NCBI GenBank assembly: GCA_004556155.1
Contig: SFIM01000024.1
Coordinates: 4,082-36,081 of the forward strand
Source of the DNA: Clostridiales bacterium
GTDB lineage: Bacteria; Bacillota; Clostridia; Christensenellales; Aristaeellaceae
DNA length: 32,000 bases
Reading direction: 5' to 3'
Positions 19,527-26,968 of the stretch are shown piece by piece (the stretch's first letter is position 1; every line of letters starts with the position of its first letter). Both the position numbers and the translations under genes were made by a program. Under the pieces are notes generated by a model. That model did no database searches. It saw only the letters and a program-made list of their open reading frames with translations, and had not been told where the DNA came from.

Positions 19527-21410
19527 ATGTCAGTTCGCAGCAAAAAGAAAGAAGCGTCCTTTGATGTAATCGTCGTTGGTGGCGGCATGACGGGCATGTG
19601 CGCGGCCATTGCCAGCGCGCGCCACGGCGCGAAAACCGCCCTGGTGCAGGAGCGGCCTGTGTTTGGCGGCAATGCCAGCAGCGAAATCCGCATGCATATC
19701 TGCGGCGCGTCGGCCAACATGGTCAAGCCCAATGCCGAGGAAACCGGCATCCTGCGCGAGATCCTGCTGGAAAACAAGCGCGTAAACGATTATTACAACT
19801 ATTCCGTGTGGGATCGCGTGCTGTTCACCGCCATCCGCGAGCAGGAAAATCTGTCGATGTTCCTCAATACCACCATGCATGATGTGGAGACCGAGGGGCA
19901 TCGCATTACGGCCATTCATTGCTATCAGATGACTACCGAGATCGAGTGGACGCTGCGCGCACCGGTGTTCTGCGACTGCACGGGCAACGGCACGCTGGGC
20001 TTCATGGCCGGCATGCCCTTCCGCACCGGCAGCGAGGGCAAGGCGGAGTATCATGAGCCGCACGCGCCCGAGCAGCCCGATCAGCACCGCATGGGCAATA
20101 CCCTGCTATTCAAGGCCGTGGATCGCGGCCATCCGGTGGCGTTTGTGCCGCCCAAGGGCAGCTATACCTTCACCGAGGAGCAGCTGCGCTACCGCAAGCA
20201 TGCCGATGCGAAGCCGCTCTTTGGCGTGCTGGAGGCAGAAAACAAGGCCGATCCGATCCTGGACAACGTGGACAACACCACCAAGGATATGGTGTTTGAC
20301 GCCTATTGTCTGGATTACGGCTATTGGTGGATTGAACTGACCGGCGAAAAGGCCGATATCATCGAGGAATATGAGGACATCCGCGACGAATTGATCAAGT
20401 GCGTGTACGGCGTGTGGGATCATATCAAAAACGGCGGTGATCATGGCGCGCAGAACTTTGATCTGGAATGGGTGGGCATGCTGCCCGGCGTGCGCGAAAG
20501 CCGCCGCATGGAGGGCGAGTACATGCTCAATGAGAACGATCTGCTGGAAAACCGCGTGTTTGACGACGCGGTGGCCTATGGCGGCTGGCCGGTGGATAAC
20601 CATGTGGAGCACGGCCTGCTGGACTTTGACAAGATGCCCAGCGAAATCTACGCCTTCAACGGCCTGTACACCATTCCTTATCGTTCTTATGTGGCCAAGG
20701 ATATGGATAACCTGTTCATCGGCGGACGCAGCATGGGCGCAAGCAAGCTGGCCATGGCCTCCAGCCGCGTGATGGGCACCTGCGCCGTGGGCGGCCAGGC
20801 GGTGGGTACTGCCGCCGCGCTGTGCAAAAAGTACGGCTGCACGCCCCATGAAGTGGAAGCCCATATGAAGGAGCTGCAGCAGATGCTGCTCAAGGACGAC
20901 TGCTACATTCCGGGCTACAAGAACGAAGATCCCGCCGATCTGGCCCGCGCGGCGCAGGTATCCGCCGGCAGCGAAAAGCAGCCTGCGGCCAATGTGATCA
21001 ACGGCGTGGCCCGCACGGTGGGCAGAAACGAAAACTGCTGGCAGTCCGACGGCCTGGCGGGCGATAACGGCGTGCTGTCCCTCAAGTGGGATGCGCCCCA
21101 TACCCTGCGCCAAGTACGCCTGACCTTTGACCCCAACCTGTGCTCCTCCATCAAGATCACCCTGTCCTCCAAGCGCATTGCCGAGCAGGTGCCCGGCGTG
21201 CCGCCCGAGCTGGTGCGCGATTACGATGTGGAGCTGCTCAAGGATGGCCAGGTGCTGGCCTCCCGCAGCGTACGAGGCAACTATCAGCGCCTGAATGTGC
21301 TGAACTTTGACGCCTGCGACTGCGACGAAGTACGCCTGCATGTGCTGGCGACTAACGGCATTGCCGACGCGCGCGTATACGAGGTGCGCGCCTATGAACA
21401 GGCGGACTGA
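19527..21410 (+). CDS. FAD-dependent oxidoreductase with a C-terminal discoidin/galactose-binding-like domain
   Basis: The N-terminus has the dinucleotide fold FDVIVVGGGMTGMCAAIASARHGAKTALVQERPVFGGNASSE. The C-terminal ~140 aa (LSLKWDAPHTLRQVRLTFDP...VRLHVLATNGIADARVYEVRAYE) looks like an F5/8-type-C-like beta-sandwich. No signal peptide. Confidence 0.88.
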   Translation: MSVRSKKKEASFDVIVVGGGMTGMCAAIASARHGAKTALVQERPVFGGNASSEIRMHICGASANMVKPNAEETGILREILLENKRVNDYYNYSVWDRVLFTAIREQENLSMFLNTTMHDVETEGHRITAIHCYQMTTEIEWTLRAPVFCDCTGNGTLGFMAGMPFRTGSEGKAEYHEPHAPEQPDQHRMGNTLLFKAVDRGHPVAFVPPKGSYTFTEEQLRYRKHADAKPLFGVLEAENKADPILDNVDNTTKDMVFDAYCLDYGYWWIELTGEKADIIEEYEDIRDELIKCVYGVWDHIKNGGDHGAQNFDLEWVGMLPGVRESRRMEGEYMLNENDLLENRVFDDAVAYGGWPVDNHVEHGLLDFDKMPSEIYAFNGLYTIPYRSYVAKDMDNLFIGGRSMGASKLAMASSRVMGTCAVGGQAVGTAAALCKKYGCTPHEVEAHMKELQQMLLKDDCYIPGYKNEDPADLARAAQVSAGSEKQPAANVINGVARTVGRNENCWQSDGLAGDNGVLSLKWDAPHTLRQVRLTFDPNLCSSIKITLSSKRIAEQVPGVPPELVRDYDVELLKDGQVLASRSVRGNYQRLNVLNFDACDCDEVRLHVLATNGIADARVYEVRAYEQAD

Positions 21411-21416
21411 TCGTCG

Positions 21417-21445
21417 TTGACAGACGGCGCCCGGCATGCTATATT
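21417..21445 (+). promoter_or_regulatory. Near-consensus sigma-A promoter of the MFS leader transcript
   Basis: TTGACA (21417-21422), a 17-nt spacer, then TATATT (21440-21445) preceded by TGc (extended -10). It begins 7 nt after the oxidoreductase stop. Confidence 0.6.
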
Positions 21446-21451
21446 GGCAAT

Positions 21452-21652
21452 AGAAAATCGCTTTGGAAGCGGGAAAGGGGACGCACGATGGGCTGGAGGC
21501 TGATGCATGTTCGCCTGCAAAAGGGCAATGTATGCGCGCCTTCGGGAGAAGTGCGCCCTTTTTGCCCCTTCCTGCCGGTATAAACGCAGGAAATCCTGCA
21601 AAAATGCCGCTTCTCCCTTTCATTGCAGCAATACATGAAAGGGAGCTTTTTT
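21452..21652 (+). ncRNA. ~200-nt structured 5' leader (candidate attenuator/riboswitch) of the MFS transporter gene
   Basis: Segment A (21465-21486) can pair with segment B (21551-21572) in 19 of 22 positions. B can alternatively pair with C (21517-21526). GAAAGGG(G) in A can pair with the 5' arm of the terminator. The leader ends in a terminator that also buries the RBS. Confidence 0.5.
21613..21652 (+). terminator. Intrinsic terminator abutting the MFS start codon
   Basis: Perfect 11-bp stem CTCCCTTTCAT (21613-21623) / ATGAAAGGGAG (21635-21645) with an 11-nt loop, followed by CTTTTTT and then directly by the ATG at 21653. The 3' arm contains the only SD-like sequence (AAAGGGAG). Confidence 0.85.
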
Positions 21653-22744
21653 ATGCCTAAAATTCCTATGCCCGCGCAGATTCGCCGCCTGTATCTGCAT
21701 ACCGGGCTGAACGCCGTGCAGCTGGCTTCGGCCTCCTGGGTGGCGCTGCTGGCGGCGCGCGGCTATTCTCTGGTGGAAATCGGCCTGGCCGAAAGCGCGT
21801 TTCACCTGACGAGCCTGCTGTTTGAAATTCCCTCTGGGGTGATGTCGGATGTATTCGGCCGCAAGCGCGTCCTGCTGCTGAGCCAGGCATGCAGCCTGAT
21901 TTCGGCGCTGCTGATGCTGCTGAGCCGCTCGCTGCCCGAAATCATGATCGCCATGGTATTCTGCGCCCTGGGATACAATTTCGCCTCCGGCACGCGCGAA
22001 GCGTTGGCCTATGACAGCCTGGAAACGGCCGGACGCGCGGCCGAATATGATCGCTATGCGGCTGCGGATATGGGGATTTACCGCGTGGCCAATGCCTGCG
22101 CGACGCTGGGCGCGGGGCTGGCGCTGACCCTGGGATATCGGCGTGCCTATGCTTTGGATATTCTGCTGGGGCTTCTTGCGTTTGCCGTCACACTGCGTCT
22201 GCGCGATGCTGCGGCGCAGCAAGTGCAGCCGCCTGCTTGCCAGCGCATGACAGCCTGCCTGCGCGAGAGCATGCGCTTTCTTAGCCAAAGCAGGCAGGCG
22301 CTGCGGCTGATCAGCATCAATGCGATTGTGGGCGCGGGGGCGACGCTGCTGCGATTCTTTCTTCAGGCTCGGCTGACGCAATACGGCATGCCGGATGCGC
22401 TGCTTGGCCCGGCGCTGTTTATCATGGGTTTGGGCGGGGCGCTGGGCGCGCGCTGCGCTGCCTGGCTGCGCGGTTGGCCTTATCGCCGCATATGGCGGCT
22501 GACAGCGCTGATAACGCTTGCTTGTCTGCTGCTGTCGCTGCGCCATGAGCTGTGGCTGATGTGCCTGTGTGGCTTTGCGGCGGCGGTGATGGATGATTGG
22601 CTGGAAGTGCGCACGGACGCGGCGCTTAACGCGCTGGTGCCTTCCGCTCAGCGCGCTACGCTGATATCGGTTTCCTCCCTGTGCTTTTCGCTGGTTATGT
22701 TGATTCTATCGCCCTTGATGGGTTATGTGTTTTCGATCCTGTAA
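21653..22744 (+). CDS. Major facilitator superfamily transporter
   Basis: 363 aa, hydrophobic throughout, with an MFS motif-A-like loop GVMSDVFGRKRVLLLS after TM2. The start is placed at the first ATG after the terminator; the ATG at 21623 would lie inside the hairpin. Confidence 0.85.
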   Translation: MPKIPMPAQIRRLYLHTGLNAVQLASASWVALLAARGYSLVEIGLAESAFHLTSLLFEIPSGVMSDVFGRKRVLLLSQACSLISALLMLLSRSLPEIMIAMVFCALGYNFASGTREALAYDSLETAGRAAEYDRYAAADMGIYRVANACATLGAGLALTLGYRRAYALDILLGLLAFAVTLRLRDAAAQQVQPPACQRMTACLRESMRFLSQSRQALRLISINAIVGAGATLLRFFLQARLTQYGMPDALLGPALFIMGLGGALGARCAAWLRGWPYRRIWRLTALITLACLLLSLRHELWLMCLCGFAAAVMDDWLEVRTDAALNALVPSAQRATLISVSSLCFSLVMLILSPLMGYVFSIL

Positions 22745-22786
22745 AAATAAAAAGCCCGTTAAGGAAGTGGTCTTTCCTTAACGGGC
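22743..22786. terminator. Hairpin terminator, best formed for the minus strand (DegV transcript)
   Basis: 13-bp stem GCCCGTTAAGGAA (22754-22766) / TTCCTTAACGGGC (22774-22786). The run AAAAATAAAAA at 22743-22753 gives a U-tract only on the minus-strand transcript. On the plus strand it follows the MFS stop but has no U-tract. Confidence 0.8.
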
Positions 22787-22966
22787 GGGTCGGAACGAAT
22801 GCGAAAGCCGATGGCTGCGCGGATCATTCCGGCCGCTTGGCGCGGGGGAGAGGAACAAGGGATCAATCGCTTGTCGCTCTCCTTAACCGCCTGACAGCCT
22901 GTTTCTTTCAGCTGTCAATGCTAATGTATCCCGCGCGGCGGCGTTTTATGCGCAGCCTGAAAATTT

Positions 22967-23812
22967 TTATTTGTGAATATACAGAATACCCAGGGTATTG
23001 GGGCCGCAGTGACAGCTGATGGTGCCGCGCGCATCGGTGGGCAGAACCTCGGCGAAGGGCTGATACTGCAAAATTTCATCGCGCACCATGTCCACAATGC
23101 CGTCGTCCACCGGCGTGTGGGTAATCATGATGCGGTGCGTGCGCAGGGTATCGTTGCCCTCCAGGCGCTCGCGCACATAATTGCGCAGCGCTTTTTCATA
23201 TGCGCCGCGATACTTCTTGGCCACGCCCATCTGGCCGTTGTGCACCTCGATGCAGGGCTTGATACCCAGCAGGTTGGCGCCCAGCGCCGCCACGGTGGAG
23301 CAGCGGCCGCCCTTGCGCAGATATTCCAGGTCTTCCAGCACAAAGCTGCCGTCCACCTTGGGCACGATTTCGCGCAGGCGCTGGGCAATCTGCACCTCGT
23401 CCAGCGTCTGATCCTGCGCCAGCTCCGCGCCCTCCATCACGATCAGCCCCTGGGCGGAGCTGAGGTTGAGGGAATCCACCACCTGCACATGCTCGAAGCG
23501 GCGGGCGGCGTTACAGGCATTCTGATAGCAGACGGACATCTTGCTGCTCAGCGTCACATGCACAAGGCCCTCGCAATCCTGCAATTCACGGGTGAAAAAC
23601 TCGATGTAGTCGTTTTCGCTTACGGCGGAGGTGGAGCACAGCGCGCCGCCGGCCGCCACGTGGGCGAAAATCTGCTCGGTGGTGATATCCACGCTGTCCC
23701 TGTAGGATACGCCGTCCATGATGACGTACAGCGGCACGGTGGCAATGTGAAAGCGATCCAGCAGCTCCTGCGTCAGGTCGCAGGTGCTGTCTGAGGTGAT
23801 CTTGATCTTCAT
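22967..23812 (-). CDS. DegV family fatty-acid-binding protein
   Basis: MKIKITSDSTCDLTQELLDRFHIATVPLYVIMDGVSYRD... is a typical DegV N-terminus, and the 281-aa length is typical for the family. Confidence 0.92.
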   Translation of the reverse strand: MKIKITSDSTCDLTQELLDRFHIATVPLYVIMDGVSYRDSVDITTEQIFAHVAAGGALCSTSAVSENDYIEFFTRELQDCEGLVHVTLSSKMSVCYQNACNAARRFEHVQVVDSLNLSSAQGLIVMEGAELAQDQTLDEVQIAQRLREIVPKVDGSFVLEDLEYLRKGGRCSTVAALGANLLGIKPCIEVHNGQMGVAKKYRGAYEKALRNYVRERLEGNDTLRTHRIMITHTPVDDGIVDMVRDEILQYQPFAEVLPTDARGTISCHCGPNTLGILYIHK

Positions 23813-24036
23813 AAGAGAAAAATCCTTTCAAAGTACGCGGGCTTCCGCGCGTTTCAATGGCGGGCAATATGCGACGTATATTATTATGGCGCAGGATGTT
23901 CAACTGAAGATCAACGATTGTTAATAACCACACTTTCGCGCCTTTTGTCATCACTTTTTAAAAGGAAAGTAATGGCTTCGTGCCTTGTTTTTTCGCATGG
24001 GGCGTGGTATCCTTAAATCCAAAGGGGTGAAAACGT

Positions 24037-24795
24037 ATGCCGTCCTGTCCGCTGAACCGCTTTTTTTCGCCTGCGCAGTGCGCGCGCTATTATGGGGTGA
24101 TTTCCCGTCGATACAGCTGCCGCGCTTATGCCGCCGCGCCCGACGCGGGTGAGCTTGCCGCGCTTAATTATGCCGCCGCGCGCGTGTGCCTGCCGGGCAC
24201 GCGCATCGTGCTTGCCGACTGCACGGATCAGCTGTTCTTCGGCGTGCCGCTGGTGGAGCGCATCCGCGGTGCGCGCAAGTGCGCCTATGTGATTGCACAG
24301 GATGGCATGGAAAAGCCCAAGCTTCTTGCCGGCGTTAGCGGCGAGGCCTTTGTGCTGGAGGCCGCAGCGATGGGGCTGGATACTTGCTGGGTGACGGGCA
24401 CGTATCGCCGCGGTGAGGTGCCGCAGGAGATGCTAAGCGACGGCGAGCGGCTGATCGCCGTGATTGCCCTGGGGCATGCCAAGGAAACGCCGCAGCAGAT
24501 TGTGCGCCATCGCAAGAGCCTGTCACAGATCTGCCTGGACGCGCCCGATCAGTGGCCGTTGTGGGCGTATCGCGCGGCGGAGGCTGTGCGTATCGCGCCC
24601 TCGGCGGTCAACCGCCAGCCCTGGCGGCTTGCCTATGCCCAGCGCTCGCTGCGCCTGATGGGCAAAAACCCCGACCATGTGGATCTGGGTATTGCGCTGA
24701 TGCATATCGAAGCGGCATCGGGCGAATATAAACGATATTGGGAGTGGGGAAGCGGCGGGTGCGTCGCTCACTTGACGATCGAGGAAAAATCATGA
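24037..24795 (+). CDS. Nitroreductase-family protein
   Basis: Has the family motifs ISRRYSCRAY near the N-terminus and APSAVNRQPWRL. AAAGGGGTGA lies upstream of the ATG. Confidence 0.8.
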   Translation: MPSCPLNRFFSPAQCARYYGVISRRYSCRAYAAAPDAGELAALNYAAARVCLPGTRIVLADCTDQLFFGVPLVERIRGARKCAYVIAQDGMEKPKLLAGVSGEAFVLEAAAMGLDTCWVTGTYRRGEVPQEMLSDGERLIAVIALGHAKETPQQIVRHRKSLSQICLDAPDQWPLWAYRAAEAVRIAPSAVNRQPWRLAYAQRSLRLMGKNPDHVDLGIALMHIEAASGEYKRYWEWGSGGCVAHLTIEEKS

Positions 24796-26084
24796 CGCTG
24801 CTGGATCAGTTGAATCAGGAAAACATCAAAAAGAACGCGCCGCTGGCCGAGCGCATGCGCGCGCGCACGCTGGATGAGTTTTATGGGCAGGAACATCTGC
24901 TGGGGCCGGGGCGGCTGCTGCGCCGCGCCGTGGAGGCGGACAGGCTGACGTCCAGCATTTTTTACGGCCCGCCTGGCTGCGGCAAAACCACGCTGGCGCA
25001 TGTGATCGCCGCGCATACCAAATCCGCCTTTGCGCGCATGAACGCCGTTACCTCGGGCGTGGGCGATGTGCGCGAGGTGTTAGAGCAGGCAGCCCAGCGC
25101 CGCGCCATGTATGGGCAAAGCACCTACCTTTTGCTGGATGAATGCCACCGCTGGAACAAGGCGCAGTCGGACAGCATTCTGCCTGCCATCGAGGAGGGGC
25201 TGATCCGCTTTATCGGCTCCACCACCGAAAACCCCATGATCTCCATGACGCCCGCCATCGTCAGCCGCTGCCGCGTGTTTGCCTTCCGGCCGCTGACGGA
25301 TCAGAATGTGCGCGCCATCCTGCTGTCGGCCATTGCCGATCGCGAGCGCGGGCTGGGCGATATGAACGTGCATATCGACGTGGATGCGCTGTCGCATATT
25401 GTGCGCGTGGCCAACGGCGATGTGCGCTCAGCGCTCAACGCCTTGGAACTGGCCGCGCTGACCACGCCCACCGGGCGCGACGGCATCCATATCACCCTGA
25501 GCGTGGCGGAGGAAAGCATTCAAAAACCTGTGGTACGCTGCGACTATACGCTGTTTTACGATATGCTGTCCGCCTTTTGCAAAAGCCTGCGCGGCTCGGA
25601 CAGCGATGCGGCGCTTTTCTGGTTCAGCCGGCTGCTGTACGCTGGAGCCGATCCCCGCATGCTGGCGCGGCGTATCATTGCCCATGCCAGTGAGGATGTG
25701 GGCCTGGCCAATCCCATCGCCATGCTGCAGGCTGTGGCAGCCGGGCAGGCGCTGGAATTGATCGGCATGCCCGAGGCCAGGCTGCCCCTGTCGCAGGCCA
25801 TCATCGCCATCTGCGAAAGTCCCAAGAGCAATAGCGTGGTCTGCGCCATTGACGCAGCCATGGCCGACGCCGAATCGGCGCGCGGTCAGGTGCCGCCGCC
25901 ACTGCGCGATACGCATTATAAGGGCGCGGACAGGCTGGGCGCGGGCGGGGGCTATCTGTATCCCCACGACTACCCCGGCCACTGGGTCAAGCAGCAATAT
26001 ATGCCCGATGAAATCAAGGATCATGAATACTATCACCCTTCCGATCAGGGCCACGAGGCCAAGATCCATAAGCATGAAAAATGA
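24792..26084 (+). CDS. rarA: Replication-associated recombination protein A (MgsA/RarA AAA+ ATPase)
   Basis: LAERMRARTLDEFYGQEHLLG..., Walker A GPPGCGKTTLA, Walker B LLLDECHRWNK, and the C-terminal MgsA block LRDTHYKGADRLGAGGGYLYPHDYP. The ATG at 24792 overlaps the upstream stop (ATGA). Confidence 0.95.
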   Translation: MTLLDQLNQENIKKNAPLAERMRARTLDEFYGQEHLLGPGRLLRRAVEADRLTSSIFYGPPGCGKTTLAHVIAAHTKSAFARMNAVTSGVGDVREVLEQAAQRRAMYGQSTYLLLDECHRWNKAQSDSILPAIEEGLIRFIGSTTENPMISMTPAIVSRCRVFAFRPLTDQNVRAILLSAIADRERGLGDMNVHIDVDALSHIVRVANGDVRSALNALELAALTTPTGRDGIHITLSVAEESIQKPVVRCDYTLFYDMLSAFCKSLRGSDSDAALFWFSRLLYAGADPRMLARRIIAHASEDVGLANPIAMLQAVAAGQALELIGMPEARLPLSQAIIAICESPKSNSVVCAIDAAMADAESARGQVPPPLRDTHYKGADRLGAGGGYLYPHDYPGHWVKQQYMPDEIKDHEYYHPSDQGHEAKIHKHEK

Positions 26085-26101
26085 CGCGGGGTGATACAAC
26101 C

Positions 26102-26968
26102 ATGAAAGGCATATTGATTACCAACGCATTTATGCGGCAGGGCAGCTTTGCACGTATGCGTGAGCTGTTTGAACAGGCGGCGCAGCGGGCGGGCGTCAGC
26201 CTGATCCCGCGCGTGAACACGGATTTTATGCTCATGCCTCCAAGTGCCCACCTGAAGGTGGACTTTGTGCTGTTCTATGATAAGGACATTCGCCTGGCCG
26301 CGCGCCTGGAAGCGATGGGACTGCCGGTGTTCAACGGTGCAAAGGCCATCGCGCTGTGCGATGACAAGACGCTGACCTATCTGGCCTTGCAACGCGCGGG
26401 CGTGCGCCAGCCCGATACCGTGCTGTGCCCGCAAACCTTTCCGGGGCTGGGCTACGGCGATATGGATTTTCTGGAGGGCGTGGGCGCAGCGCTGAGCTGG
26501 CCCATGGTGATCAAGGAGGGCTGCGGCTCCTTTGGCGAGCAGGTCTACCTGGCGCAGGATGAGGCGCAGGCGCGCGATATCCTGCATCGCATCGGCGCAA
26601 AGCCAGCGCTCTTTCAGCGCTTTATCGCCTATAGCGCCGGGCGCGACCGGCGGCTGTTCGTGGTGGGCGACCGGGTCATCGCCGCCATCGAGCGCCGCAA
26701 CGAGCATGGGGATTTCCGCGCCAATATCGAGCATGGCGGCGTGGCGAGCGCATATTTCCCCACGGCGCAGGAAAGCGCGCTGGCACTGGCCGCCTGCCGC
26801 GCCCTGGGGCTGGACTTTGGCGGGGTGGATCTGCTGGAGGCTGAGGACGGGCCTGTGGTGTGCGAGGTGAACAGCAACGCGCACTTTGCGGGGCTGTTAT
26901 CCGCCACGGGCGTAAACCCCGCCGACCATATCATGCAGTATATTCGGAGAACCGTATGCGAGGAATAA
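26102..26968 (+). CDS. RimK-type ATP-grasp ligase (paralog 1)
   Basis: Close to the RimK signature blocks: RRLFVVGDRVIAAIERRNEHGDFRANIEHGG and GVDLLEAEDGPVVCEVNSNAHF. There is an alternative start at 26081 that overlaps the rarA stop (ATGA). Confidence 0.85.
   Translation: MKGILITNAFMRQGSFARMRELFEQAAQRAGVSLIPRVNTDFMLMPPSAHLKVDFVLFYDKDIRLAARLEAMGLPVFNGAKAIALCDDKTLTYLALQRAGVRQPDTVLCPQTFPGLGYGDMDFLEGVGAALSWPMVIKEGCGSFGEQVYLAQDEAQARDILHRIGAKPALFQRFIAYSAGRDRRLFVVGDRVIAAIERRNEHGDFRANIEHGGVASAYFPTAQESALALAACRALGLDFGGVDLLEAEDGPVVCEVNSNAHFAGLLSATGVNPADHIMQYIRRTVCEE

Noticed and set aside
21452-21612. Assignment of the MFS leader to a known riboswitch or leader class
   Set aside because: I looked for T-box (AGGGTGGNACCGCG), TPP (CTGAGA), FMN, cobalamin (GCCACTG), ykkC/guanidine, yybP-ykoY, ZTP and fluoride signatures and found none. 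AATCGCTT resembles the start of ydaO (c-di-AMP) leaders and GGGACGCA resembles part of GEMM-I. The remaining conserved blocks of those classes (for example CAGCTAACC...GTAAGCG and GGCAAACC) are absent. A covariance-model search is needed for a real answer.
18042-21623. 493-aa and 505-aa minus-strand ORFs opposite the sulfatase and FAD oxidoreductase genes
   Set aside because: Both are antisense shadows, whereas the plus-strand genes carry diagnostic motifs (CTPSR and GGGMTG). The same reasoning applies to 4612-5784(-), 2684-3682(+), 14148-15242(+), 16196-17962(+), 21620-22546(-), 22973-23794(+), 25428-26884(-) and 28057-31036(+).
21463-21660. 65-aa ORF (MEAGKGTHDGLEAD...) across the MFS leader
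   Set aside because: It has no SD, runs through the terminator hairpin into the MFS start region, and is in a different frame from the SD-preceded 31-codon uORF. It is most likely a chance ORF.
22681-23019. 112-aa plus-strand ORF bridging the MFS 3' end, the terminator and the DegV 3' end
   Set aside because: It overlaps two supported genes and a strong hairpin, and it has no SD or recognisable motif.
23864-23875. GCAATATGCGAC upstream of degV as a third copy of the GCAATATGTGACA motif
   Set aside because: It matches in 11 of 12 positions. However, it lies in an unrelated promoter region, lacks the palindromic GTGACAC core, and a match of this length is within chance expectation for AT-rich spacers across 64 kb of two-strand sequence. 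It should be revisited only if a genome-wide motif scan supports it.
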